Under the pieces are notes generated by a model that did not search any database, had not been told where the DNA came from, and was given only the letters and a program-made list of their open reading frames with translations. The translations under genes were made by a program, and so were the position numbers. A stretch of 52,914 nt of DNA from Candidatus Peribacteria bacterium RIFCSPLOWO2_12_FULL_55_15 (GTDB lineage: Bacteria; Patescibacteriota; Gracilibacteria; Peribacterales; Peribacteraceae), in assembly GCA_001789045.1 (NCBI GenBank), contig MFYG01000013.1, positions 12,016-64,929 on the forward strand. Direction: 5' to 3'. Numbering within the stretch: position 1 is the first letter of the stretch; each line of letters begins with the position of its first letter. Of this stretch, positions 38,678-47,506 are shown one piece after another.

Positions 38678-38737
38678 TCATGCGATGGTTACTCTCGAAA
38701 GCATCGCGGTTCTAATAGCGTCGAGTTTAGAGCTCCA
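38678..38737 (-). repeat. att-like repeat copy 3 (encodes WSSKLDAIRTAMLSRVTIA*)
   Basis: Matches copies 1 and 2. Confidence 0.92.
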
Positions 38738-39012
38738 GATAGTACACGTCGCTGCGCTCCGTGACAACATGGCACAGCCACTTATCAAGACCAATCATTG
38801 TGCGACGTGGACGCCGGTTCCAATCTCCCACAACTCCGGCAATGCGCGAAAGAACGACGGCGGGCTGGGCAACGCGGGGTGCGGGGCGCGGGCATGTTCG
38901 GGAAACAACGGAGGCATCGCTTCGGTCACGGCGAGGAAACCGTAGGAGACGCGGACGTTGACTTTCCATTGACATACAGGGAACATCTTATCATAAACGT
39001 TACCATCGCCCC

Positions 39013-39712
39013 ATGAGCCCCCTCTCACCAGCCGATCGCGCCTTCATCGAACGGAAAGCGGACGACCTCGTAGAAAACATCCAGAAGGAACTCGAAAACC
39101 TCCTGCAATACCATTGCTCCGACCACGCGGTGGCGGCCGAAAGCGGTGCAGGGATTCCTCGATGATCTCCCCCGCCACAGAGACCGCATCATCAACGCGT
39201 TCGTCGGATGGAAGACGCTCAATATTTCCGCGGACATCCTCCGGAAATCCGCAGACGATGCGAAGCTCCTCCGCGAGGGGAAAGACCCACGCAGTCACGA
39301 AAGCCTTACGGACGAAGACCGCCGGAGAAAAGAGGAAATGAAAAACCTTGATGAAGATCTCCGGAACGAGGGCGAGGCGGACGATCAGGAAGTGGCGGGA
39401 AGCGCGCAAACCGACGCCGCGCGCGACCGGAGCATTACGGAAAGAGACATCGCCCGAAACGCCTACGACGAGTCCTTTGTATACCAAGATGCTTTCGACC
39501 GCATTCCGACTGGAGCGGAATGCTTCCGAAAAGCGACGCGACTCCTCTTCCACGGCATTATCCGCGGATGCATCGAAAAGGGCGCCCGCCTGCGCCCCCT
39601 CGAAGAACTCGCCATTGTAACACGGAAGCAAATCGATGCGCTGATCGGAAACATGTACTCCCTGATCAGCGAACTCCGGATTCCGGATGAGCAGAAGGAT
39701 GAAGACCTGTAA
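39013..39712 (+). pseudogene. Hypothetical helical protein, apparently frameshifted near 39100
   Basis: MSPLSPADRAFIERKADD... from ATG 39013 appears to continue in the +1 frame (...VQGFLDDLPRH to stop 39712). Confidence 0.5.
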
Positions 39713-39723
39713 GCTCATGATGC

Positions 39724-39798
39724 GCCCTCGTAGGTCAATGGATAGACCGGCGGCCTCCGAAGCCACAGATACAGGTTCGATTCCTGTCGGGGGCACCA
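39724..39798 (+). tRNA. tRNA-Arg(CCG)
   Basis: GCCCTCG...CGGGGGCACCA; loop CTCCGAA. Confidence 0.93.
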
Positions 39799-39804
39799 CA
39801 TCTT

Positions 39805-39838
39805 CCCTCTCCCCAAGGGAGAGGGCTAGGGTGAGGGG
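39805..39838. repeat. REP-like element (CCCTCTCCC..GGGAGAGGG family)
   Basis: Related copies at 15797-15830, 19589-19623, 41061-41086 and ~43620-43646. Confidence 0.75.
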
Positions 39839-40599
39839 TTGAGCCTAAAGAACCCCATCGCATTCGCGGTCGTCACACGATCAACCTCCTCCAAAGAAAG
39901 CCCTTTCGTCTCCGCCACAACCTTCGCCACTTCGATAACGTACGCCGGCTCATTCCGCTTCCCGCGATGGGGAACGGGGGGCAAATACGGCGCATCAGTC
40001 TCCACCATGATCTGCCCGAGAGGACACATCTGGATGGTGCGTCGGACCTCTTCAGCGTTGGGATAGGTGGCAATGCCCGTAAACGAGAGAAGATATCCGC
40101 AGTCGACAAACCGCCGCACATTCTCCCACCGCTCGGTACAGCAGTGGATCACGAGCTTCTCCGGTCGTACGGAATCGACGATCGACCACACATCTTCGAC
40201 CGCTTGGCGGCAGTGCACCACCACCGGCATCTGCAATTCCTTCGCTAGTTCCAGTTGCTCCTGAAATACGCGCCGCTGCACATCGCGTGGCGAGAAATCG
40301 TAGTGATAGTCGAGCCCGATCTCGCCGATTGCAACGACCTTGGACATTCGCGCGAGAGAACGCAGGCGCTCCCGATCCCAGTCTTTCCATTCCTTCGCAT
40401 GATGGGGATGAACTCCGATTGAACAAATAATCTGTTCATATTTTTCAGTAATTGCAACGCATTTTCCACTCTCTTCCAATGAATCAGCAATCGTCACTAT
40501 CCGCACAACACCCGCGGCAACCGCACGCCGAATGACAGCGTCGAGATCATCCGCAAACCGTTCGTCCGTGAGATGGCAGTGGGAATCGATCACCGCCAT
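39826..40599 (-). CDS. tatD: TatD-family DNase
   Basis: IDSHCH, GVHPH, GEIGLDY, VHCR, ETDAPYL, NEP. Confidence 0.95.
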   Translation of the reverse strand: MAVIDSHCHLTDERFADDLDAVIRRAVAAGVVRIVTIADSLEESGKCVAITEKYEQIICSIGVHPHHAKEWKDWDRERLRSLARMSKVVAIGEIGLDYHYDFSPRDVQRRVFQEQLELAKELQMPVVVHCRQAVEDVWSIVDSVRPEKLVIHCCTERWENVRRFVDCGYLLSFTGIATYPNAEEVRRTIQMCPLGQIMVETDAPYLPPVPHRGKRNEPAYVIEVAKVVAETKGLSLEEVDRVTTANAMGFFRLNPSP

Positions 40600-40647
40600 A
40601 GCATACCCATAGCAGAGCCGGGAATGATGACGTAAGATTTGGAAAGC

Positions 40648-40723
40648 GGGTCGGTAGCTCAGTTGGTAGAGCAGTGGCCTTTTAAGCCATTGGTCGTGGG
40701 TTCAATCCCCACCCGACCCACCA
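40648..40723 (+). tRNA. tRNA-Lys(TTT)
   Basis: GGGTCGG...CCGACCCACCA; loop CTTTTAA. Confidence 0.96.
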
Positions 40724-40758
40724 ATACACAAGGAGCGGGTCTACGGTATGGTAGAGGA

Positions 40759-41958
40759 GTGAAAGTCGCTCTCGTCCATGAACTCCTGACGCAAAAAGGC
40801 GGCGCGGAGCGGGTCCTCCGGGTCCTCGCAGCGATGTATCCCGATGCCCCGATCTACACCCTCCTTTATGACGAGAAAAAACTGGGCGACTGGTTCCCAC
40901 GAACACGGATCCGCACGAGCGCGCTGCAAAAATTCGCACGGTTTTCCTCAAATCATCATTATTATTTGTCCTGGTTTCCGAATGCAGTGGAAGCGTGGAA
41001 TTTTGATCCATGCTCATCCCATCACCCTCCTCCTTCGCTAAAGCTACGGCGGACAGGTAACCCTCTCCCCTTCGAAGGGGAGAGGGAGGAGTGTTTCGAC
41101 CTCGTCATCTCCTCCTCCTCCGCCTTCGCCCATGGAATCATCACCAATGGAAAGCCAAAACACCTCTGCTACGTCCACTCCCCTGCCAGGTACCTGTGGG
41201 ACCGGACACACGACGTTCTTACGCAAAGTTCCAAGGGGCTCTTAGGACCACTCAAACGATGGTACCTGTCTCACCTCTTTCATACGTTGCGCATTTGGGA
41301 TGCGGAATCCGCCGACCGCCCCGACGCGCTCCTCGCCGCATCGAAAACAGTCCAGCGCCGCATCGAACTCTACTGGCGTCGTGAGAGCGCCGTCATCTAT
41401 CCCCCCATCGATGACCACTGGTTCTCCGTCAGTCATAGGTCCCATGTCCTAGGTCCTAGATCCTATTTTCTCATCGTCTCCACCCTCGCCCCCTACAAAC
41501 GCATCGACATCGCAATCGAAGCGTATAATCATCTTCGACTCCCCCTCACGATCACAGGAAGCGGCCCTGATCGGAAACGTCTGGAACGCCTGGCCGGCCC
41601 AACCGTTACATTCCTCGGCTACGTCCCGGAAGAGAATCTCCCTGATCTCTACCGAGGAGCCATCGCGACCATCTGCCCCGGCGACGAAGACTTCGGCCTC
41701 GTGCCACTCGAATCCATGGCCTGCGGCACCCCCGTGATTGCCTTCCGCAGTGGGGGGGCTCTCGAAACGATCCAAGAAAACATCACAGGGCAATTTTTCA
41801 ACGAGCCTACAGCACCGTCTCTCGCTGAGGCCATCCAGTATTTCGATAGAAGCCATTTTTCCGAAGACACTTGCCGCGCTCACGCGCAAAAATTCTCCCG
41901 GGAAGCATTTGAAAAAGACATCCGATCCGCTGTAGCAAAATTGCTTATCGTCTCCTGA
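40759..41958 (+). CDS. GT4-family glycosyltransferase
   Basis: VALVHE...GGAERV, CYVHSPARYLW, EDFGLVPLESMACG; GTG start after the tRNA. Confidence 0.9.
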   Translation: MKVALVHELLTQKGGAERVLRVLAAMYPDAPIYTLLYDEKKLGDWFPRTRIRTSALQKFARFSSNHHYYLSWFPNAVEAWNFDPCSSHHPPPSLKLRRTGNPLPFEGEREECFDLVISSSSAFAHGIITNGKPKHLCYVHSPARYLWDRTHDVLTQSSKGLLGPLKRWYLSHLFHTLRIWDAESADRPDALLAASKTVQRRIELYWRRESAVIYPPIDDHWFSVSHRSHVLGPRSYFLIVSTLAPYKRIDIAIEAYNHLRLPLTITGSGPDRKRLERLAGPTVTFLGYVPEENLPDLYRGAIATICPGDEDFGLVPLESMACGTPVIAFRSGGALETIQENITGQFFNEPTAPSLAEAIQYFDRSHFSEDTCRAHAQKFSREAFEKDIRSAVAKLLIVS

Positions 41959-41984
41959 TCGAATACGTAAGTTTTTCTCTACTA

Positions 41985-43022
41985 CTAGAGTAACGCTGAT
42001 TGGACGGGTACTGGCAAAGAAATGCCAACCTTCTGATACGCTTTTGGGGTTGCAATGCGTCCCTTCGGAGTCCGTTGCAGGTAGCCCTGCTGCAAAAGGT
42101 AGGGCTCATAGACTTCTTCTAGGGTATCTTCCTCCTCCGCAAGAATGGCAGCAAGGGTGGAGAGTCCCACGGGCCCACCGGCAAAACTCTCGACAATCGT
42201 CCGCAGCACGCGGTGATCCGTCGCATCCAATCCATCACGATCGATCTCGAGACACCGGAGCGTCTCTCGAACAATAGAATGATCCACCGGAGAAACACCT
42301 CGCACCTCGGCAAAATCACGCACAGCACGGATGAGACGATTCCCCACACGCGGCGTTGCGCGACTCGCCTCAGCCAGAAGACGCGCAGCCCCCGCTCCCA
42401 ACGGAACATTGAGAATCCCCGACGCCCGCTCAACAATAGATTCCATCTCCCCTGCCGAATAAAACCCTAATTTGAACACATGGAGGAAACGATCTCGGAG
42501 CGGCGCACTGATCGATCCGACTTTGGTCGTCGCCCCGATGAACGAGAACGGTTGTAACTGGAGTCGCACGGAACGCGCGGTTGGCCCCTTTCCAATGATA
42601 ATATCGAGCACACCGTCTTCCATGGCGCCGTAGAGAATCTCCTCGAGAGGCGGACGGAGACGATGCACCTCATCAATGAAGAGAATATCTCCGACCTGGA
42701 GGTTCGTGAGAAGAGAGGCAATGTCTCCCGGCTTCTCAAGAGCAGGTCCGCTCGTGACCCTGATCTGTGCCGCCATCTCGCGGGCAATGACATGCGCCAA
42801 CGTCGTCTTTCCAAGACCCGGAGGCCCGTGGAGCAACGTGTGGCCGAGTGGCTCCTTGCGCTTGCGAGCAGCGGCCATATGGATTTGGAGATGTTCTTTA
42901 ATCTTTTCCTGACCAACGTACTCCTGCAAATATTGCGGACGGAGCGTCTGCTCCACAGCATCAACCGCTTGCGGGGCAGGATCGCTCATAGTCTGCTCCC
43001 GTCGACGACGTTGGAGAACCAT
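41985..43022 (-). CDS. ruvB: Holliday junction helicase RuvB
   Basis: LRP..L.EYVGQ, GPPGLGKTT, FIDEVHRL, PLRDRF, EPYL, RTPKGR; start approximate. Confidence 0.96.
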   Translation of the reverse strand: MVLQRRRREQTMSDPAPQAVDAVEQTLRPQYLQEYVGQEKIKEHLQIHMAAARKRKEPLGHTLLHGPPGLGKTTLAHVIAREMAAQIRVTSGPALEKPGDIASLLTNLQVGDILFIDEVHRLRPPLEEILYGAMEDGVLDIIIGKGPTARSVRLQLQPFSFIGATTKVGSISAPLRDRFLHVFKLGFYSAGEMESIVERASGILNVPLGAGAARLLAEASRATPRVGNRLIRAVRDFAEVRGVSPVDHSIVRETLRCLEIDRDGLDATDHRVLRTIVESFAGGPVGLSTLAAILAEEEDTLEEVYEPYLLQQGYLQRTPKGRIATPKAYQKVGISLPVPVQSALL

Positions 43023-43050
43023 CGAACGCATCATACGCTACAATCCACCC

Positions 43051-43605
43051 ATGCGAAGATTTCTCCTTCTTGGAAGCGGCAGCATCCTTCTCATCATCGG
43101 CCTCATCACTGCGGAAAGCATCCTCCTCCATCCTCTCCCACGTTCCTCCCAAACTCCCCCCTCCACAGAGACTACAAACCAAGAACACCAAAACCGTGTG
43201 CAGGATATCATCGCACAAATGCAGTTCACTGCGCAGGAAAGCGCCGAGGACACGTTACTGAAGCAAATCGCGACAAATGATGTTCCGACCAACACACTAG
43301 TGCTCCTCGCAGAAAATGATCGCAGCGGACTCCTCTCCTGGATTAAATCACCAGATGCGCATCTATACTTCTCAGCGCTGAAAGAAGCTCTAAGCGCCTC
43401 CTTCTCTCCGGAACTCCATGACCTCCGCGATGATAGAGAAGAGCTGCCTAAAAATCGCACACGAGAAATTCTCTCGTTCCGCGACCCCGCTCTAAGCGCA
43501 GAACAAATCACTATCATCCTTTCCGGAAATACCATCTACGAATTCCACATCAGTCCGGGGAAAGAGGAGCGCATTTCCCCCCTCATCGAGGCACTGACAA
43601 TGTAA
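43051..43605 (+). CDS. Hypothetical protein with N-terminal membrane anchor
   Basis: 184-aa ORF; TACAAT upstream. Confidence 0.65.
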   Translation: MRRFLLLGSGSILLIIGLITAESILLHPLPRSSQTPPSTETTNQEHQNRVQDIIAQMQFTAQESAEDTLLKQIATNDVPTNTLVLLAENDRSGLLSWIKSPDAHLYFSALKEALSASFSPELHDLRDDREELPKNRTREILSFRDPALSAEQITIILSGNTIYEFHISPGKEERISPLIEALTM

Positions 43606-43706
43606 TCACCCACTATCTCCCCTCTCTTACCGCAGTGGGAGAGGGGTAGCAGTTACCCGACAACGGATTGACAAGAGGAATCACAATCTAGACAATCGCT
43701 ACCAAT

Positions 43707-44132
43707 ATGGCAAAAGTCATCAAGAAAGTCATCAAGGTACAAGCCAAAGGCGGACAGGCTCCCCCCGCCCCTCCATTGGGACCTGTGCTCGGACAAGCTG
43801 GAGTGGATATTGCCAGCTTCTGCAACCAATTTAACCAGAAAACAAAGGATCGTATGGGCCAGATCGTCCCCATCGTACTCACAGTCTTTGAGGACCGAAG
43901 CTTCACCTTCATCATGAAGCAACCGCCGGCAAGTGCTCTCATCATGGAACGTGCGAAAATTGAAAAAGGCAGCGGGGATCCAAAGAAAACTCCCGTCGGC
44001 TCTATTACACAGAATGACGTTCGGGACATTGCTCGCACCAAACTCCAAGACCTCAATACCACAAGCCTGGAATCCGCGATGCGAACAATAGAAGGCGCTG
44101 CACGAAGTATGGGAGTTTCCATTGAGAAATAG
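43707..44132 (+). CDS. rplK: 50S ribosomal protein L11
   Basis: PAPPLGPVLGQ, FCNQFN, GAARSMG. Confidence 0.97.
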   Translation: MAKVIKKVIKVQAKGGQAPPAPPLGPVLGQAGVDIASFCNQFNQKTKDRMGQIVPIVLTVFEDRSFTFIMKQPPASALIMERAKIEKGSGDPKKTPVGSITQNDVRDIARTKLQDLNTTSLESAMRTIEGAARSMGVSIEK

Positions 44133-44238
44133 ACAAGAAGAATGTGCACAAGATCATGGCATGACCGTGGGCGCAACGCATTTCTCATACATCATGGTCC
44201 ATTCCCCACTAGACTATGGACATCCTCTTCCATTTGTT

Positions 44239-44844
44239 ATGCATATGTTTACACCTTTTCAGGTTATCCACCCAATTGGGCTCCTCTCCGTGCTCCTAGG
44301 CATCCTCTTCCTACTCCTAATTTTCTGCCTCATTCTCGCAACGAGCCTCGCCCGGGAAGCAGCAAAGCCTCAGGCTGTCGGAGAAGCAGTCTATTGCTAT
44401 CTCGTACAGAGCGTCGGCATAACTCTCATGAGCATTGGTGCAGTTCCGACACTATACTCAGTCTTCTCGCGTACCCCACTCCAAAGCCTCACGTACGCAG
44501 CGCTTCTTTTCGTCTTCTCCATCGGAGGTCTTATTTTTCTCTGGCATGATACTCTCGCTCACCGCCTTTCACCTCCTTCGCGCGCCGTTCCGGAAGCTAT
44601 CTTTCTATCCACATGGAAATTCATCGGTTTCACTCTCTTTGTCTTCGCCATCATCTCGATCATCTTGAACATCCTTCTCCGAAGCGCCCTCCCCACCTCC
44701 TCTCTCACTCTGCATAGCATCCTTGCCTTGTATGGTCTTGTTCTCTGGTGGTCTACGCAGAATTCCCCACATACCGCCGGTTCCACAACGAAGGCAGCCT
44801 CCACTTCTCTTGCCTCTCAGAAGCGGAAGCGACTTCATCGATGA
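44239..44844 (+). CDS. Hypothetical multi-pass membrane protein
   Basis: About five hydrophobic segments; lies between rplK and rplA. Confidence 0.7.
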   Translation: MHMFTPFQVIHPIGLLSVLLGILFLLLIFCLILATSLAREAAKPQAVGEAVYCYLVQSVGITLMSIGAVPTLYSVFSRTPLQSLTYAALLFVFSIGGLIFLWHDTLAHRLSPPSRAVPEAIFLSTWKFIGFTLFVFAIISIILNILLRSALPTSSLTLHSILALYGLVLWWSTQNSPHTAGSTTKAASTSLASQKRKRLHR

Positions 44845-44915
44845 TGTAGTGGGAAAAACCTTGTTTTTCCTCTACGGTGCGCGTACACTTCAATTCTCAT
44901 TTTCTTGTGCCACTC

Positions 44916-45620
44916 ATGCCATCAGCACTCCAAAAATCCCACGCAAAAAAGCGCGGAAAGAAGTACCTGGAAAAAGCGGGCATCGTCCAACTAAGCGCCT
45001 ACATCCTCCCTGAAGCAGTTGCGCTCCTCACAAAAGTGAGCACGGTTTCCTTTGATGCAACGGCTGAAGTTCACTTCCGCATCAATGCAGATCCCACACA
45101 GGCAGATCAAATCGTACGGACGGTGGTCGATCTCCCCCACGGCACAGGAAAAACTCCCAGGATTGCCGCCTTCGTCCCTGATGACCTTATCGAGACGGCG
45201 AAGAAAGCAGGAGCTCTCAAAGCAGGGAATGCCGACCTCATTCGTGAGGTGGAAGAAGGAAAGATCGACTTTGATATTGCAATCGCAGTTCCGAAAATCA
45301 TGAAGGACTTGGGAAAAGTGGCAAAAATCCTCGGACAACGCGGCCTCATGCCAAATCCTAAAGCAGGGACCGTCACCGAGAACGTCGCGAAGACGATCGA
45401 GGCTCTTCGCAAAGGTCGCACCGAGTGCAAGATGGATACTTTCGGAATCATCCATACCATCTTCGGAAAAATCTCCTTCGGTAAAGAAAAGTTGCAAGAG
45501 AACCTCCAGAGCCTTGTACAGGCCATCGAGGAAGCGCGCCCCGCGGGGATCAAAGACCCGTACATTCGCTCGATCACCATTACTCCAACAATGGGACCGG
45601 GGATTCGGATAACACTGTAG
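44916..45620 (+). CDS. rplA: 50S ribosomal protein L1
   Basis: FDATAE, LPHGTGK, GLMPNPKAGTV, TMGPG. Confidence 0.97.
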   Translation: MPSALQKSHAKKRGKKYLEKAGIVQLSAYILPEAVALLTKVSTVSFDATAEVHFRINADPTQADQIVRTVVDLPHGTGKTPRIAAFVPDDLIETAKKAGALKAGNADLIREVEEGKIDFDIAIAVPKIMKDLGKVAKILGQRGLMPNPKAGTVTENVAKTIEALRKGRTECKMDTFGIIHTIFGKISFGKEKLQENLQSLVQAIEEARPAGIKDPYIRSITITPTMGPGIRITL

Positions 45621-45634
45621 GAAAAATGCTGACG

Positions 45635-45739
45635 TGTCATGGTGAGGTGCAAGGCTCAGAGCTGAGCCACGAACCATAACACGTTGTCGCCCTTCGTGGC
45701 TCCCCTTCGACAAGCTCAGGATCGCACCTCAGGGTGACA
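45635..45739. repeat. Intergenic composite REP-like element (TGTCA...TGACA family)
   Basis: Shares TGTCATGGTGAG, CGAACCAT and CCTTCGAC.AGCTCAGG with 19153-19213 and 20283-20352. Confidence 0.7.
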
Positions 45740-45844
45740 AAATCCCACCTTCAATGGTTCCTATAATCCTTTATCCACTCCACCATACTTTTTCATCTAG
45801 CGCGAGTTCCGTTCAGCAAAAACTTCGTGCACAATTATCGTACA

Positions 45845-46186
45845 ATGTTTTTTTACTTTCCCGAACTTGTGCTCGTTTTCTCCATCCCACTCCCTGCATA
45901 CGCAGGTCTTATTCCAGATCTCCCAGGCTGCGCATTCACCACAGGAATCTTTGGTGCCAATTGTGTCCCAATCTTCATTGGACAGTTGATCAAGTGGATT
46001 CTTGGATTTACAGGAGGCATTTGTCTCATTAACATCATGATCGGCGGCTACCAGATCGCTCTCGGTTCTGCGATTGGTGATAAAGAAGCAGGGAAAAGCC
46101 GCGTGCTGTGGGCATTAGTCGGTCTCCTCGTCTCCATGCTATCATACGGCATTCTCAATACCATTATCGGAACGCTTAGCCTATGA
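45845..46186 (+). CDS. VirB2/TrbC-like pilin-domain protein
   Basis: Cys pair, TM-GGY...KEAGK..WALVG-TM. Confidence 0.6.
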   Translation: MFFYFPELVLVFSIPLPAYAGLIPDLPGCAFTTGIFGANCVPIFIGQLIKWILGFTGGICLINIMIGGYQIALGSAIGDKEAGKSRVLWALVGLLVSMLSYGILNTIIGTLSL

Positions 46187-47445
46187 CCAAACAGTCAGAA
46201 CCTGCCGGCTTCACATCACTACGCATCCTTGGCAAACATGCGCAACAACTCCTTACAAAAGCAAAAACAATGCGGGAACAGAAAAAAAAAAGACACGGAA
46301 AAGCTCCGAAGCTCCAATCCATAGAGAAATCTCCACAGATCCGTATCCAGTTTTCACTTCGGAGCGTCATTCAGTCAACCTGCGTAATTATTGCAATCGC
46401 CACGGGAACATGGATCATTTTCATGATTCACGACAAACTCATTCTCATTCTCCTCGCATTCTTCCTCGCCGCTATCATTGATCCTGGTGTGCGCTGGATG
46501 GAGTCTCACCGCGTGCCTCGAGGCCTCGCCATCCTTCTCCACTACCTTCTCGCCCTTCTCTTCCTAATTTTCCTCCTAACATCCCTCATTCCTATCATCG
46601 CTGCCCAGCTGCAGCAAATCGCCCTCTTTATGAGTCTCGAGGTTGATGCCTTTCTGAACCACCCGCAAATTACCTTCCCATTCCTCTCGGATACCATCAA
46701 CCTCCGTCTCACGAACTTCGCACAGGGTATGCTCCAAGACATCTCGGTCTATGAATTCGCTGATGCTCTTCAGCGCCTCGGTCAAAATCTCTCGATCACA
46801 GCTCAGGGCTCCGTCCTCTTTGCCACGCGCATCGCAGGCTCCGTCGTGAACTTCTTCATCCGCATGATTGTCGTACTCATACTCGCCTTCTTCATCCAGA
46901 GCGAAAAGGAGAACATACGACTCTGGATACGTGGCTTCTTTCCCCACAATTATCGCGCGTACATCGATGAGAAAATAGAGGCTATCCATGGGAAAATCGG
47001 ACAGTGGGTACGAGGGCAACTATTGCTCGGCCTCAGTATCGGACTCCTGGTTTTCCTCGCCCTCACTATCCTCGGAATGCCGTATGCCCTTACACTCTCT
47101 GTGCTTGCAGGCTTCACGGAATTCATACCCTACGTCGGCCCGTTTATTGCCGCAATTCCCGCTGTCCTGATTGCTCTCACCCAGGAAGGTCTCCTCTGGG
47201 CTGTTGTCCTCATCGGTGTCTACTATGTCATCCAGTGGTGTGAAAATAATCTCCTCGTTCCTCTCATCATGAAACGAGCAGTCGGTCTCTCCCCTATCGC
47301 CATCATCGCCTCCATGCTTTTCGGCGTAAGTTTCCCAGACTTCATTCACCCCATCCTCGGTCTCTTCCTTGCGGTTCCTGCCACTACCATCATCACGCTC
47401 TTCATCGAAGACTGGCACATTCTCCGAGGAAAACCACCAGCCTAG
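46183..47445 (+). CDS. AI-2E family transporter
   Basis: WVRGQL, FIPYVGP, QWCENNLLVP, LAVP. Confidence 0.9.
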   Translation: MTKQSEPAGFTSLRILGKHAQQLLTKAKTMREQKKKRHGKAPKLQSIEKSPQIRIQFSLRSVIQSTCVIIAIATGTWIIFMIHDKLILILLAFFLAAIIDPGVRWMESHRVPRGLAILLHYLLALLFLIFLLTSLIPIIAAQLQQIALFMSLEVDAFLNHPQITFPFLSDTINLRLTNFAQGMLQDISVYEFADALQRLGQNLSITAQGSVLFATRIAGSVVNFFIRMIVVLILAFFIQSEKENIRLWIRGFFPHNYRAYIDEKIEAIHGKIGQWVRGQLLLGLSIGLLVFLALTILGMPYALTLSVLAGFTEFIPYVGPFIAAIPAVLIALTQEGLLWAVVLIGVYYVIQWCENNLLVPLIMKRAVGLSPIAIIASMLFGVSFPDFIHPILGLFLAVPATTIITLFIEDWHILRGKPPA

Positions 47446-47506
47446 CTTCTCTGGGCCACACGTGGTAGAATGATCGGAACTCCTAACAAGTTATCAATCC
47501 TCCACC

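Larger units (their letters stand above)
32926..38737. mobile_element. tRNA-Gly(CCC)-anchored tandem array of integrated cassettes
   Basis: Three 60-bp GCTCCA-ended repeats plus two further CCA-ended junctions; accessory cargo; no intact integrase. Confidence 0.75.

Noticed and set aside
34037-38737. The ~36-bp conserved core of the three repeats as a CRISPR array
   Set aside because: The intervening segments are 1.5-3.1 kb, there are no cas genes, and the repeats show codon-like conservation and tRNA-like ends.
38805-38945. AAC-containing GC-rich stretch ending ...ARKP* as the missing DGR template repeat
   Set aside because: It does not align to the VR with adenine-only mismatches; the resemblance is superficial.
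39044-39799. 251-aa minus-strand ORF
   Set aside because: It begins inside antisense tRNA-Arg and shadows the + strand gene.
40639-40758. N-terminal extension of the glycosyltransferase ORF
   Set aside because: It is read-through of tRNA-Lys; the real start is probably GTG 40759.
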